A stretch of 64,000 nt of DNA from Candidatus Eiseniibacteriota bacterium (GTDB taxonomy: Bacteria > Eisenbacteria > RBG-16-71-46), in NCBI GenBank assembly GCA_963717505.1, contig OY970342.1, positions 3,552,001 through 3,616,000 on the forward strand, given 5' to 3'. Of this stretch, positions 8,130-17,197 are shown in pieces (position 1 is the stretch's first letter; each line of letters begins with the position of its first letter). The notes beneath the pieces were generated by a model. It saw only the letters and a program-made list of their open reading frames with translations. It did not search any database and was not told the origin of the DNA. Both the position numbers and the translations under genes were made by a program.

Positions 8130-9953
8130 GTGCTCCACCCGAGCCGCCTCCTCGTCCGCCTCCTGCTCCTGGCACTGGTCACCGCCGGCAGCATCGTCGC
8201 CTGGCGCGAGCACATCCGGGCCTGGAACCCGGGCTTCCGCTTGCCGCTCCTGAGCTACGACGCCGCGCAGTACGCGGTCGCCGCGCGCGAGCTGGCGGAC
8301 TACGGGCAGCTGGCAACCATGTATGCGTTGCCGATCGAGCTGTCGAAGCACCCAACACCACCGTGGCCGCTCGCGGTGGTCCAGCCGGGACTGGTGCTGG
8401 CCGAGGCGGCGCTCTTCCGGCTCGCGAAACCGGCGCCCGTGGGGGACGAGCCCGCAGCACCCTTCCGTCTGACTTGGGATCGAGAGTGGCTGGCCCTGGT
8501 CATCCCGTTCTTGAGCTTCGTCGCGCTTGCCCTGCTGATCGCCCTGACCACGGTTCATTTGATCGCAGGTTCGGGAGGGGTCGCGTACCCACTCGGCGCC
8601 ACGGCGGCCGTGGTCGCGGCGTTCGCGTTCCTGCTCGATCCCGAAGCCCAGCACTTCGCCACCGGGGGCTTCACCGAGATGCCGTTCACCCTGGGCTGGC
8701 TCGCCGCGCTCAGCGGGTTCGCGATGCGCAGTGTTCGCCTGCAGAGCCCGTCGGCGCCAGCGGTGCGCACGGGCATTTGGGATCGCGCGCCGCACCTGCC
8801 GTCGCCAACAGCGTTCGCGATCATCACCGGACTCACACTGGGAGTTGCCGGATTGTTCCGCGGCAGCATGCTCTGGATGGCGCCGATCGTGGCGTTCGGG
8901 CTTGCGATCGCGAACCCCGGACTGCGTGCGCGCATGTTCCTGCTGACCCTCTCCGCGTACGCGCTGCCGCTGCTGCCGTGGTGGATCTACAAGTGGCAGG
9001 CGTTCGGCTCACCCGGCTGGGATCTCTCGGCGTTCTCGGTCTGGGATCGTGTCGGCGGCCACTCCTGGTTCTCGCTGTTCCATCTCCCGGAGCTGCCCGA
9101 CCTTCCGCGTGGGGCAGGGGCGTTGGCGGCGATCGCCGGCAAGGTCGCAGGCAATCTGGGCGCCGTGCTGGTCGCGCTGCTTTCGGGATTGCGTGGCCTG
9201 TGGCTGGCTGCACTCGTGGTCTGGGTGTTCCTCGAGCGCCACCGCCCCGGACTCCGCGCGGTCGGCCTGGTCGTGCTGCTCGCGATCGCCGCGAACGTCC
9301 TGGTGGTCGCGGCGAGCGTGCCGGTGCTTCGCTACCTCTTTCCATCGCGAGTCGCGCTCGAATTCGCGGGCCTGCTCGCGACCTGGGATCTGCTCGGCCG
9401 TCTCTTCCGCTTCGGCGCCACGCCGACCGGGATCATCGCGTTGCGGACCGGTGTCGCGGCACTGGTCCTGGCCTGGGGCGTTACGCAGATGTCGCGTGGA
9501 CTGGTCGAGGCGCGAGCGACCGCCGGCGAGCGCGGACTGCCGATTCGCATGTCGCTGGTCGATCTGGCCGGCATGGTGCGTCGCGAGGTCGGCGAGGACG
9601 AGGCGGTGATGAGCAATCTCGGGCCGACGCTCGCCTGGCAGACCGGCCGCCCCGTGGTTCACCTCGCGCTGACTCCGGCCGACGTCGACGCTTGCCGGCG
9701 ACTGCTCGACACGCGGCACGTGATCCTGGCTTTCCGCGGAGCCGAGCGCGCGTGGCCCGGTTGGAACGAATTGATGGCCGATCCCGGCGCCGCACCCTCG
9801 CGCCCGGAATGGAACGTAGCGCGCGTGCGCGCGTTTCAGAGCGCTGATGGCTTCTCGATCGTCTGGCTCGAGATGGGCCCGCTCGACGGAGGGCCCAGAG
9901 ACTCGCCAGGCGCCGCGATCGATGAGCCATCAGGAGCCGGTGGCGACCGATGA
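8130..9953 (+). CDS. Polytopic membrane protein, GT-C (ArnT/PMT-like) glycosyltransferase
   Basis: An N-terminal TM is followed by YDAAQYAVAARELA, then FTEMPF, about 11 TM helices, RYLFP, and a periplasmic C-terminal domain (VMSN). Confidence 0.7.
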   Translation: MLHPSRLLVRLLLLALVTAGSIVAWREHIRAWNPGFRLPLLSYDAAQYAVAARELADYGQLATMYALPIELSKHPTPPWPLAVVQPGLVLAEAALFRLAKPAPVGDEPAAPFRLTWDREWLALVIPFLSFVALALLIALTTVHLIAGSGGVAYPLGATAAVVAAFAFLLDPEAQHFATGGFTEMPFTLGWLAALSGFAMRSVRLQSPSAPAVRTGIWDRAPHLPSPTAFAIITGLTLGVAGLFRGSMLWMAPIVAFGLAIANPGLRARMFLLTLSAYALPLLPWWIYKWQAFGSPGWDLSAFSVWDRVGGHSWFSLFHLPELPDLPRGAGALAAIAGKVAGNLGAVLVALLSGLRGLWLAALVVWVFLERHRPGLRAVGLVVLLAIAANVLVVAASVPVLRYLFPSRVALEFAGLLATWDLLGRLFRFGATPTGIIALRTGVAALVLAWGVTQMSRGLVEARATAGERGLPIRMSLVDLAGMVRREVGEDEAVMSNLGPTLAWQTGRPVVHLALTPADVDACRRLLDTRHVILAFRGAERAWPGWNELMADPGAAPSRPEWNVARVRAFQSADGFSIVWLEMGPLDGGPRDSPGAAIDEPSGAGGDR

Positions 9954-10954
9954 GCCCGCCGGCCTCTCCCGAACCCGAACGTTTCGCTCCGCACGCCACC
10001 CGCGAGATGGCCCGGATGTTCGACAGCGTGACCGCGCGCTATGCGTTGCTCAACCGCATCATGACGCTGGGTCAGGATGCGAGCTGGCGCCGTGCGATGT
10101 GGTCGTCGGTGCCGGAACCCGCGCGGATCGTGCTCGACCTGTGCACCGGCGACGGCTCGTCGCTTCCCGGCCTGCGCCGGCCCGGCCGCCTGGTGATCGG
10201 GCTCGACGTGAGTCTCGGCATGCTGCACGCAGCAGCCGCCGAAGAACGGCGCACCGGATGGGCGCCGCGTCTGGTCGGCGGCGATGCCTTCCGATTGCCC
10301 TTTCGCGACGCGAGCATCGACGCGATCACGATCGCGTTCGGCATGCGCAACCTGCGCCCGCGATCGGGGGCGGTTTCCGAGATCGCGCGCGTGCTGCGGC
10401 CGGGGGGCATCCTGGTGGTGCTCGAGGCTACAGGCCCCGACCCGGGGCCGATGGCCCCGCTCCATCGCTTCTGGGTTTCGAACGTCATCCCGCTGCTGGG
10501 TCGAATGTCGCCGGATCCGTCGGCCTATCGGTATCTCGCCGACTCGGTGCTCGAGTTCGGCACCGGGTCGACGTTCCTCGGCCCGCTCGCGTCCGAATTC
10601 GAGCCGCCAAGGGAGCGTCGCTTCCTCCTGGGGGCGACGCGGCTGTGGGTGGTGCGCCGGAGCGGGGGGGAAGGTGTGCAGGATGCACGGCTCACCGTCC
10701 CGACTCGGCGCCCGACTCCGGTTCCGCAAGGCGAGCAAAGAGCGTGGTCGGCCCTTCAGGGGCTGCTTTCGGTGGCGCTGGCGGTCAGCCTCATCTGGGC
10801 TGCCATGATTCTGGTCGACATTCGGCATCACTTGCCACTCGACCGCTCTCGGCGCTGGATCCTGGGTGCGCTAGCCGCCGGGACGGCAGCGTTCTTTTTG
10901 GTCCGGTCCGTCTTGTCCCTCCAGCGACTGTTTCGACCGGGCCCCCGCGCGTAG
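9950..10954 (+). CDS. ubiE: UbiE/MenG-family methyltransferase with C-terminal two-TM extension
   Basis: Motifs MFDSVTARYALLNRIMTLGQDASWRR, VLDLCTGDG, ITIAFGMRN, RVLRPGG and AYRYLADSV. Confidence 0.8.
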   Translation: MSPPASPEPERFAPHATREMARMFDSVTARYALLNRIMTLGQDASWRRAMWSSVPEPARIVLDLCTGDGSSLPGLRRPGRLVIGLDVSLGMLHAAAAEERRTGWAPRLVGGDAFRLPFRDASIDAITIAFGMRNLRPRSGAVSEIARVLRPGGILVVLEATGPDPGPMAPLHRFWVSNVIPLLGRMSPDPSAYRYLADSVLEFGTGSTFLGPLASEFEPPRERRFLLGATRLWVVRRSGGEGVQDARLTVPTRRPTPVPQGEQRAWSALQGLLSVALAVSLIWAAMILVDIRHHLPLDRSRRWILGALAAGTAAFFLVRSVLSLQRLFRPGPRA

Positions 10955-11043
10955 CGATTTCCCCCAAATGGTCGGGCGCTGGTTGCCGATAACGGTCTAG
11001 CCAGTCACGTATCTCGTTCGACCGCGACCACTTGGGGACACGG

Positions 11044-12048
11044 ATGCTCCGCGAGAACCCAACGGAACAGCTCCTGGGACTATTCGCCCAGCCACCGGCG
11101 TCGCGCGCCGACCTGATCGAGCGGGTGCTCTCTCTTGCCCTCGAACTGATCGCCGCCGATGGGGTCAGCCTGATCGCAAGCGACACGCGTGCCTTCGAAC
11201 GCTGGACGTTGCGCCGCGGCGAGGGACCGCCGACCTCGGATCGGATTCCGCGTGGCAGCGCCCGTCTCGCGCGTTCGATCATGACCGGACCGCTGCCCCT
11301 GTCGCTGCCTGACTTCTCGGCGAGCGGACGGGTGGGAGTCGAAGGAGTGTGCGCAGGGATCGACGCCGGGCCGGCGCTATTCGTGCCGATGAGTTCGCGC
11401 GGCGTGGTTCACGGCAGCCTCGCGACTTTCCGTGCCCGCGGCGCGGCGCCGTTCACGCCGGAGGAGACTCGCAATCTGCTGATGCTCGGCGGTTGGATCA
11501 GCGTGGCGCTCGACAATCTCAAGCTGCGCGAGAGCGTCGAACGGCTGGCGGTGACCGACGACCTGACCCAGGTCTACAACTATCGCTTCCTCAAGACTGC
11601 GCTGCGCCGCGAGACCCGGCGCGCCGCGCGCTACAACCAGGAGCTGGCGCTGGTGATGATCGACGTCGACAATCTCAAGACCTACAACGACCGTAACGGT
11701 CATATGCGTGGCAGTCTGCTGCTGCGCGAGATCGCCCGATTGTTCACCACGCAAACGAGATCGTGGGATCTGGTCGCCAAGTACGGCGGCGACGAGTTCA
11801 CGCTGATCCTGCCGCAAACCGGCATGGAAGGCGCCTGCATCGTGGCCGAGCGCATGCGCGCCGCGGTCGAGAATCACACGTTCGCGCTCGCCCCGCGCGG
11901 CAGCATCACCATCAGCCTGGGAGTCGCGGTCTTCCCGCACCACGGCAGCGACTCGATTTCGCTGATCCGCGCCGCCGATCGCGTCCTCTACCAGGCCAAA
12001 CGCAGTGGTCGCAATCGAGTTGCGACCTGCGAAGCCAAAGCAGCGTGA
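11044..12048 (+). CDS. GAF + GGDEF diguanylate cyclase
   Basis: Motifs AVTDDLTQVYNYR, MIDVDNLKTYNDRNGH, RSWD (RxxD I-site) and KYGGDEF, preceded by an N-terminal GAF-like region. Confidence 0.92.
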   Translation: MLRENPTEQLLGLFAQPPASRADLIERVLSLALELIAADGVSLIASDTRAFERWTLRRGEGPPTSDRIPRGSARLARSIMTGPLPLSLPDFSASGRVGVEGVCAGIDAGPALFVPMSSRGVVHGSLATFRARGAAPFTPEETRNLLMLGGWISVALDNLKLRESVERLAVTDDLTQVYNYRFLKTALRRETRRAARYNQELALVMIDVDNLKTYNDRNGHMRGSLLLREIARLFTTQTRSWDLVAKYGGDEFTLILPQTGMEGACIVAERMRAAVENHTFALAPRGSITISLGVAVFPHHGSDSISLIRAADRVLYQAKRSGRNRVATCEAKAA

Positions 12049-12062
12049 GGGGCCGATGCGCG

Positions 12063-12090
12063 TTGACCGATGTTCCAAAGCTGATAGGAT
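12063..12090 (+). promoter_or_regulatory. Putative sigma70 promoter for the nucleotide-sugar operon
   Basis: TTGACC-N16-TAGGAT, with TG just upstream of the -10 box. Confidence 0.5.
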
Positions 12091-12150
12091 CATTCGCCCC
12101 GGATGCGGCGACGCGTATCCGGGTTGTTTGTTCGGCGCGGTGGTGAAGGA

Positions 12151-13191
12151 GTGAAGGTGGAATCGATCGGCATCGGAGTGGTCGGGACCGGCGACTGGGG
12201 CGCCAACCTGGTCCGTAACTTCGCCGGCCTGCCTGGAGCCCGGCTCGTAGCCGTCTGCGACGCCGATCCCAAGCGTTTGAGCACGACCACCGCGCGCTAC
12301 CCCGACGCCCAGGGCTTCGAGCACATGGACGGCGTCGCCAACCACGCCGACGTGCGCGGTGTCGTGGTCGCGGCTTCGGCGGTCCACCACTACCCGATTG
12401 CACGGCGGATGCTCGAGGCCGGCAAAGACGTGTTCGTCGAGAAGCCGCTGGCGCTCGAAGTCGCTCACGCCGAGGAGTTGGTCCAACTCGCGGCGCGCCA
12501 GCAGCGCATCCTGATGGTCGGCCACCTGCTGCTCTACCACCCGGCGGTCCGCTACCTCAAGGGCCTGGTCGAGCGGGGCGAACTGGGCGAGCTGCGCTAC
12601 CTCTATTCCCAGCGCGTCAACCTCGGCAAGGTGCGCAAGGACGAGAACGCGCTCTGGAGCTTCGCACCCCACGACCTGTCGGTGATCCTGCACCTGCTCG
12701 ACGCCGAGCCGGTCGACGTCGTGGCGCGCGGGTCGGCCTTCCTACAACGCGGCGTCGAAGACGTGGTGTTCGTCGATCTCCGATTCCCCGACGGCCGCCT
12801 GGCGCACGTCCACGTGTCGTGGCTCGATCCGCACAAGCTGCGCAAGTTCACGGTGGTCGGCAGCCAGAAGATGGCGGTGTTCGACGACATGGAGGCGAGC
12901 GAGAAGCTCCGGATCTACGACAAGGGCGTCGATCGCGCCGGCGAGATCGTTTCCTACGGCGATTCGCTCACGGTGCGTAGCGGCGACATCCTGATTCCCA
13001 AGATCTCGCTGCAGGAGCCCCTGCGCCTCGAGTGCCAGCACTTCGTCGACTGCATCCGCGACCGGAAGACGCCGGTCACCGACGGCCGCGACGGCCTCCG
13101 GGTGGTCAAGGTCCTCGCGGCGGCGCAGGCGTCGCTCGACGCCGGCGGCGCGCCGATGCCGGTCGCGGGGGAGAAGGCGGTGCACTCGTGA
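12151..13191 (+). CDS. Gfo/Idh/MocA oxidoreductase (WlbA/WbpB-like nucleotide-sugar dehydrogenase)
   Basis: Motifs GVVGTGDWG, VFVEKPLA, MVGHLLLYHPA, NALWSFAPHD and VSWLDPHK. The GTG start is approximate. Confidence 0.88.
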   Translation: MKVESIGIGVVGTGDWGANLVRNFAGLPGARLVAVCDADPKRLSTTTARYPDAQGFEHMDGVANHADVRGVVVAASAVHHYPIARRMLEAGKDVFVEKPLALEVAHAEELVQLAARQQRILMVGHLLLYHPAVRYLKGLVERGELGELRYLYSQRVNLGKVRKDENALWSFAPHDLSVILHLLDAEPVDVVARGSAFLQRGVEDVVFVDLRFPDGRLAHVHVSWLDPHKLRKFTVVGSQKMAVFDDMEASEKLRIYDKGVDRAGEIVSYGDSLTVRSGDILIPKISLQEPLRLECQHFVDCIRDRKTPVTDGRDGLRVVKVLAAAQASLDAGGAPMPVAGEKAVHS

Positions 13192-13955
13192 ACTCGACCA
13201 CCACCACCGTCCACCCGACCGCCACGCTGGGCGAGGGCACGGTGCTCGGCGAACACAGCGTGGTCGGCGCGCACGTGCGCCTGGGTCCCGGATGCGTGGT
13301 CGGCAACTTCGTCGTCCTGCACGCCGACACGACCGTCGGGCGCGAGGTCCGCATCGACGACCACGCGGTGCTCGGCAAGTTGCCGATGCGGGCGGCCAAC
13401 TCGGCGACCACTAAGGAGCAGGCCCTGCCGCCTCTGACCCTGGGCGACGGCTGCATCGTCGGCACCGGGGTCGTGCTCTACCGCGGGGCCACGATCGACG
13501 CCAAGGTCCTGATCGCCGACCTGGCGACGGTGCGCGAAAACGTCTCGGTCGGCCGCGGAACCATCGTCGGCCGCGGGGTGACCGTCGAAAACGTGTGCAC
13601 GATCGGGCGCTACTGCAAGCTCGAGAGCGAGTGCTACATTACCGCCTACTCGACGCTAGAGGACCGGGTATTCGTGGCGCCGGGCGTGGTCACGTCCAAC
13701 GACAACTTCGTCGGGCGTACGGCCGAGCGCTTCAAGCACTTCAAGGGCGTCACCGTCCGCCGCGGCGGGCGGATCGGCGCGGGCGCGGTGTTGTTGCCCG
13801 GGATCACGGTCGGCGAGGACGCGCTGGTTGCGGCCGGGTCGCTGGTCACCCGCGATGTCCCGGCGCGGACCATCGTGCGCGGTAGTCCGGCCCGGACCTG
13901 GCGCGAAGTCCCGGTCGAGCAGCTGCTCGAAAACCAAGGGTGGAGCGACTCGTGA
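13188..13955 (+). CDS. Hexapeptide-repeat N-acetyltransferase (WlbB/WbpD-like)
   Basis: Left-handed beta-helix repeats, VFVAPGVVTSND, IGAGAVLLPGITVG and VRGSPAR. GTGA overlap with the upstream gene. Confidence 0.88.
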   Translation: MNSTTTTVHPTATLGEGTVLGEHSVVGAHVRLGPGCVVGNFVVLHADTTVGREVRIDDHAVLGKLPMRAANSATTKEQALPPLTLGDGCIVGTGVVLYRGATIDAKVLIADLATVRENVSVGRGTIVGRGVTVENVCTIGRYCKLESECYITAYSTLEDRVFVAPGVVTSNDNFVGRTAERFKHFKGVTVRRGGRIGAGAVLLPGITVGEDALVAAGSLVTRDVPARTIVRGSPARTWREVPVEQLLENQGWSDS

Positions 13956-13974
13956 ATCGGAAGGAGCGTGGTCG

Positions 13975-15099
13975 ATGAGCACCAAGACCCTGATGACGGT
14001 CCCGCTGCTCGATCTCAAGGCGCAGTACGAAACCATCCGCGCCGAGATCGACGATGCGGTGCGACGGGTCATGGAGAGCACCCGTTTCATCGGCGGCCCC
14101 GAGGTTTCGAGCCTCGAGGAGGAAGTGGCGCGTTACTCGAAGTGCACGCACGGCATCGCGTGCGCATCCGGCACCGACGCCCTGATCCTGGCCATGCGCG
14201 CGCTCGACATTGGTCCGGGCGACGAGGTCGTGACCAGCGCCTACTCGTTCTTCGCCAGCGCCGGCACGGTCGCCAACGTCGGCGCGACCCCGGTGTTCGT
14301 CGACATCGATCCCCGCACCTACAACCTCGATCCGCACGCCCTCGAGGCCGCGATCACGCCGCGCACCAAGGCGGTGATCGCCGTCCACCTTTACGGGCAG
14401 TGCTGCGATCTCGGTGCGGTGCGCGCGGTGTGCGACAAGCGCCAGGTCTGGCTGATCGAGGATGCGGCGCAAGCAATCGGCTCGGAGTGGGAGGGCCAGC
14501 GCGCGGGGTCGGTCGGCGACTTCGGGTGCTTCTCGTTCTTCCCGTCCAAGAACCTGGGCGGCGCCGGCGACGGCGGCATGATGGTGTCGAACCACGCCGA
14601 GTTCGCAGACCGTGCCCGGCTCCTGCGCGAGCACGGCGCCAAGCCGAAGTACTACCACACGATCATCGGAACCAACTCACGGCTCGACGCCCTTCAGGCG
14701 GCGATCCTGCGCGTCAAACTCAAGCACCTCGACCGTTGGAGCGAGATGCGGGCCAAGAACGCCGCCCTCTACGACCAGCTGCTCGAGGGCGCCCCGGTCG
14801 GTCGCCCGTGGAAGGATCCGCGCACCCGGCACATCTACAACCAGTATGTGATCCGATCCGCCAAGCGTGGCGCGCTCAAGCAGCATCTGTCGGATCGTGG
14901 GATCGGCACCGAGATCTACTACCCGGTGCCGCTCCATCTTCAGGAGTGCTTTGCCGCCCTCGGCCACCGGCGTGGCGACATGCCGCAGTCCGAGGCCGCG
15001 GCCGACGAAACCCTTGCCCTGCCCATCTATCCCGAGCTGGGCGAGGAGCGCATTCGTTACGTGGCCCACGCCATCAAGGAGTTCACCGAACAGAGCTGA
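13975..15099 (+). CDS. DegT/DnrJ/EryC1/StrS aminotransferase (WlbC/WbpE-like)
   Basis: Motifs VPLLDLKAQY, ASGTDAL, IEDAAQAIG, FSFFPSKNLGGAGDGG and NSRLDALQAA. AAGGAG RBS. Confidence 0.93.
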   Translation: MSTKTLMTVPLLDLKAQYETIRAEIDDAVRRVMESTRFIGGPEVSSLEEEVARYSKCTHGIACASGTDALILAMRALDIGPGDEVVTSAYSFFASAGTVANVGATPVFVDIDPRTYNLDPHALEAAITPRTKAVIAVHLYGQCCDLGAVRAVCDKRQVWLIEDAAQAIGSEWEGQRAGSVGDFGCFSFFPSKNLGGAGDGGMMVSNHAEFADRARLLREHGAKPKYYHTIIGTNSRLDALQAAILRVKLKHLDRWSEMRAKNAALYDQLLEGAPVGRPWKDPRTRHIYNQYVIRSAKRGALKQHLSDRGIGTEIYYPVPLHLQECFAALGHRRGDMPQSEAAADETLALPIYPELGEERIRYVAHAIKEFTEQS

Positions 15100-15211
15100 C
15101 TTCGAACCCCCCGGCGCGCGACCTTCCCCGCCCTGAAGCCGCGCACCGGTTCGCAACCGCTCGGTCACGTTCCTGGCGCCAGCCCCGGCGCCGGAGCGGA
15201 CGGATCGTTCC

Positions 15212-17197
15212 ATGCAGTGGAGTGCCACCCAGAGGGCGTCGCTCGACCAGCTGCTGCGTCGAGCCGAGGAAGTGCGCGGCCTGGCGTCGGAAGCCGAGAC
15301 CTCGCCGACCGCGTCGTCCGACGAAGCCGGATCGCTGCTGCACCTGATCGACGAGCTGGTCGAAGAGCTCGAGCGCAGTCACCGCCGTCTGATCGAGACC
15401 AACGTCCAGCTGGTGTCGCTGCGCGAGGTCGCGAGCCGTCTGCTCGGTACGCTCGACGCGTTCGAGACCACGAGTCTGGTCACCCGCTATTTGTGCCAGG
15501 TGCACGGATTCCCGGAGTGCTTCCTGCTGCTGGTCCAGCGCGACACCGGCCGGCTGCAGGGTACCTGGACGCACTTCTCGGATCAGCGCGAGTGCAGCGT
15601 GCGCCTCGACCTGCCCCTGACGGGCGACGGTGGCACCATCACCCGGTCGCTGTGGTTCAACCGCACCGTGGTCCACCATCGTCCGCGACGCCACGCGCCG
15701 GTCGTGCTCCCGGACGGGCACTCGCTCGGTGACGTGCTCGAAGGGCTGGGCTCGACGCTGTGCGTACCACTGTTTCGCAGCCACGGCATCCTGCCGCCTT
15801 CCGACGCCCACGAGCTGTGCGGCGCACGTTGCATCCTGGGCGATCCCGAGCTGCTGGCGCCGCCGCCGTCGGGCGTCGCCTCGACCTGGAGCGCGGAACG
15901 CGAGGAGCGGCAGCTCCACTGCCTGCGTTGCGACGTCTTCCCGCTGCTCGGGGTGATCGGTATGGCGCGGCGCCACGACCAGCCGCCGATCGGCCCCGGG
16001 GACGTCCAGATGCTGGAGTCGATCGCCCAGTCGGTGGCGCCGATGGTCGAAAACGCGCACCTGATCCAGGATCTGCGCCGCAGCGAGAGATTCCGCAATC
16101 ACGTCCTCGACAGCATGGCCAGCGCCCTGGTCGCGGTGAACATGCGGGGCGAGATCCTGAGTGTGAACCGCGCGGCCGAATCGACGCTCGGCGTGCCCCA
16201 GGCCGAGGCGCACGGCCAGCCTTTCGGAATGTTGTTCGGCACCGACGGCGAGTCGGCGCTGCGCGCCACCCTGGAGCGCGGGCAGGAGGTACAGGGGCTC
16301 GAAACCGTGCTGCCGGCGCGCGACGGCTCCATGGTTCCGATCCGGCTTTCGACCTCGCTGCTCCGCGACGAGCGCCGTGTCGTGTATGGCGCGATCGTGA
16401 CCTTCGCCGACCTGACTCCGATCCGGCAGGCCGAAGAGCGGGCGCGCCAGCTCGACCGGCTCGCGACCCTCGGCCGGTTCACCTCGAGCGTGGCTCACGA
16501 GATTCGCAACCCACTGACCGGCATCGGCACCGGCGTCCAATACCTGGCGGCCGGGGTTCCCGACAACGATCCGCGGCAGGAGAGCGTCCGGTTCATTCAC
16601 CACGAGATCCAGCGTCTGGACCGGATCGTCCAGGACCTGTTCGACGCCACGCATCCGCGCGGCCTTCAGCTCCAGGTGGCCCCGATCGAGCAGACGGTGG
16701 CGCGCGCCGCCCGCTGCGTCGCCGCACTCTACGAGCGCGGCGGCGTCACGCTCGAGATTCGGACCGACCCCGGCACGCCGCCGGTCGCCCACGACGCCGA
16801 CCAGTTGGAGCAGGCGTTCATCAACCTGCTCAAGAACGCCGCTGAAGCCTCGGCGGCCGGCACCAAGGTCACCGTGGCGATCGCACCGAGGATGGGGGAG
16901 CGCACCGCCACCGGGGGTCCGATGCGCTCCCGCGGCCGGCGCCAGGTGGCGCCGCCCACCACCACGGCGGTGATCGCGACCATCGAGGACCAGGGCGCCG
17001 GCATTCGCGCCGAAGACCTGCCCGCCCTGTTCGAGCCCTTCGTCACCACCAAACGGTCGGGAACCGGGCTCGGCCTGTACGTCACCCACGACATCATCAA
17101 ACGCCATGGCGGCCAGCTGGTCGTCGCGAGCGAACCCGGACGCGGTAGTCAATTCACGTTGGAACTGCCGGTCGAACCCCACGGAGGAACTCCATGA
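15212..17197 (+). CDS. Sensor histidine kinase (coiled coil-GAF-PAS-HisKA-HATPase)
   Basis: H-box VAHEIRNPLTGI, N-box QAFINLLKNAAEA, DQGAGI, FEPFVTTK and GTGLGL. PAS region VLDSMASALVAVN. No TM segments. Confidence 0.93.
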   Translation: MQWSATQRASLDQLLRRAEEVRGLASEAETSPTASSDEAGSLLHLIDELVEELERSHRRLIETNVQLVSLREVASRLLGTLDAFETTSLVTRYLCQVHGFPECFLLLVQRDTGRLQGTWTHFSDQRECSVRLDLPLTGDGGTITRSLWFNRTVVHHRPRRHAPVVLPDGHSLGDVLEGLGSTLCVPLFRSHGILPPSDAHELCGARCILGDPELLAPPPSGVASTWSAEREERQLHCLRCDVFPLLGVIGMARRHDQPPIGPGDVQMLESIAQSVAPMVENAHLIQDLRRSERFRNHVLDSMASALVAVNMRGEILSVNRAAESTLGVPQAEAHGQPFGMLFGTDGESALRATLERGQEVQGLETVLPARDGSMVPIRLSTSLLRDERRVVYGAIVTFADLTPIRQAEERARQLDRLATLGRFTSSVAHEIRNPLTGIGTGVQYLAAGVPDNDPRQESVRFIHHEIQRLDRIVQDLFDATHPRGLQLQVAPIEQTVARAARCVAALYERGGVTLEIRTDPGTPPVAHDADQLEQAFINLLKNAAEASAAGTKVTVAIAPRMGERTATGGPMRSRGRRQVAPPTTTAVIATIEDQGAGIRAEDLPALFEPFVTTKRSGTGLGLYVTHDIIKRHGGQLVVASEPGRGSQFTLELPVEPHGGTP

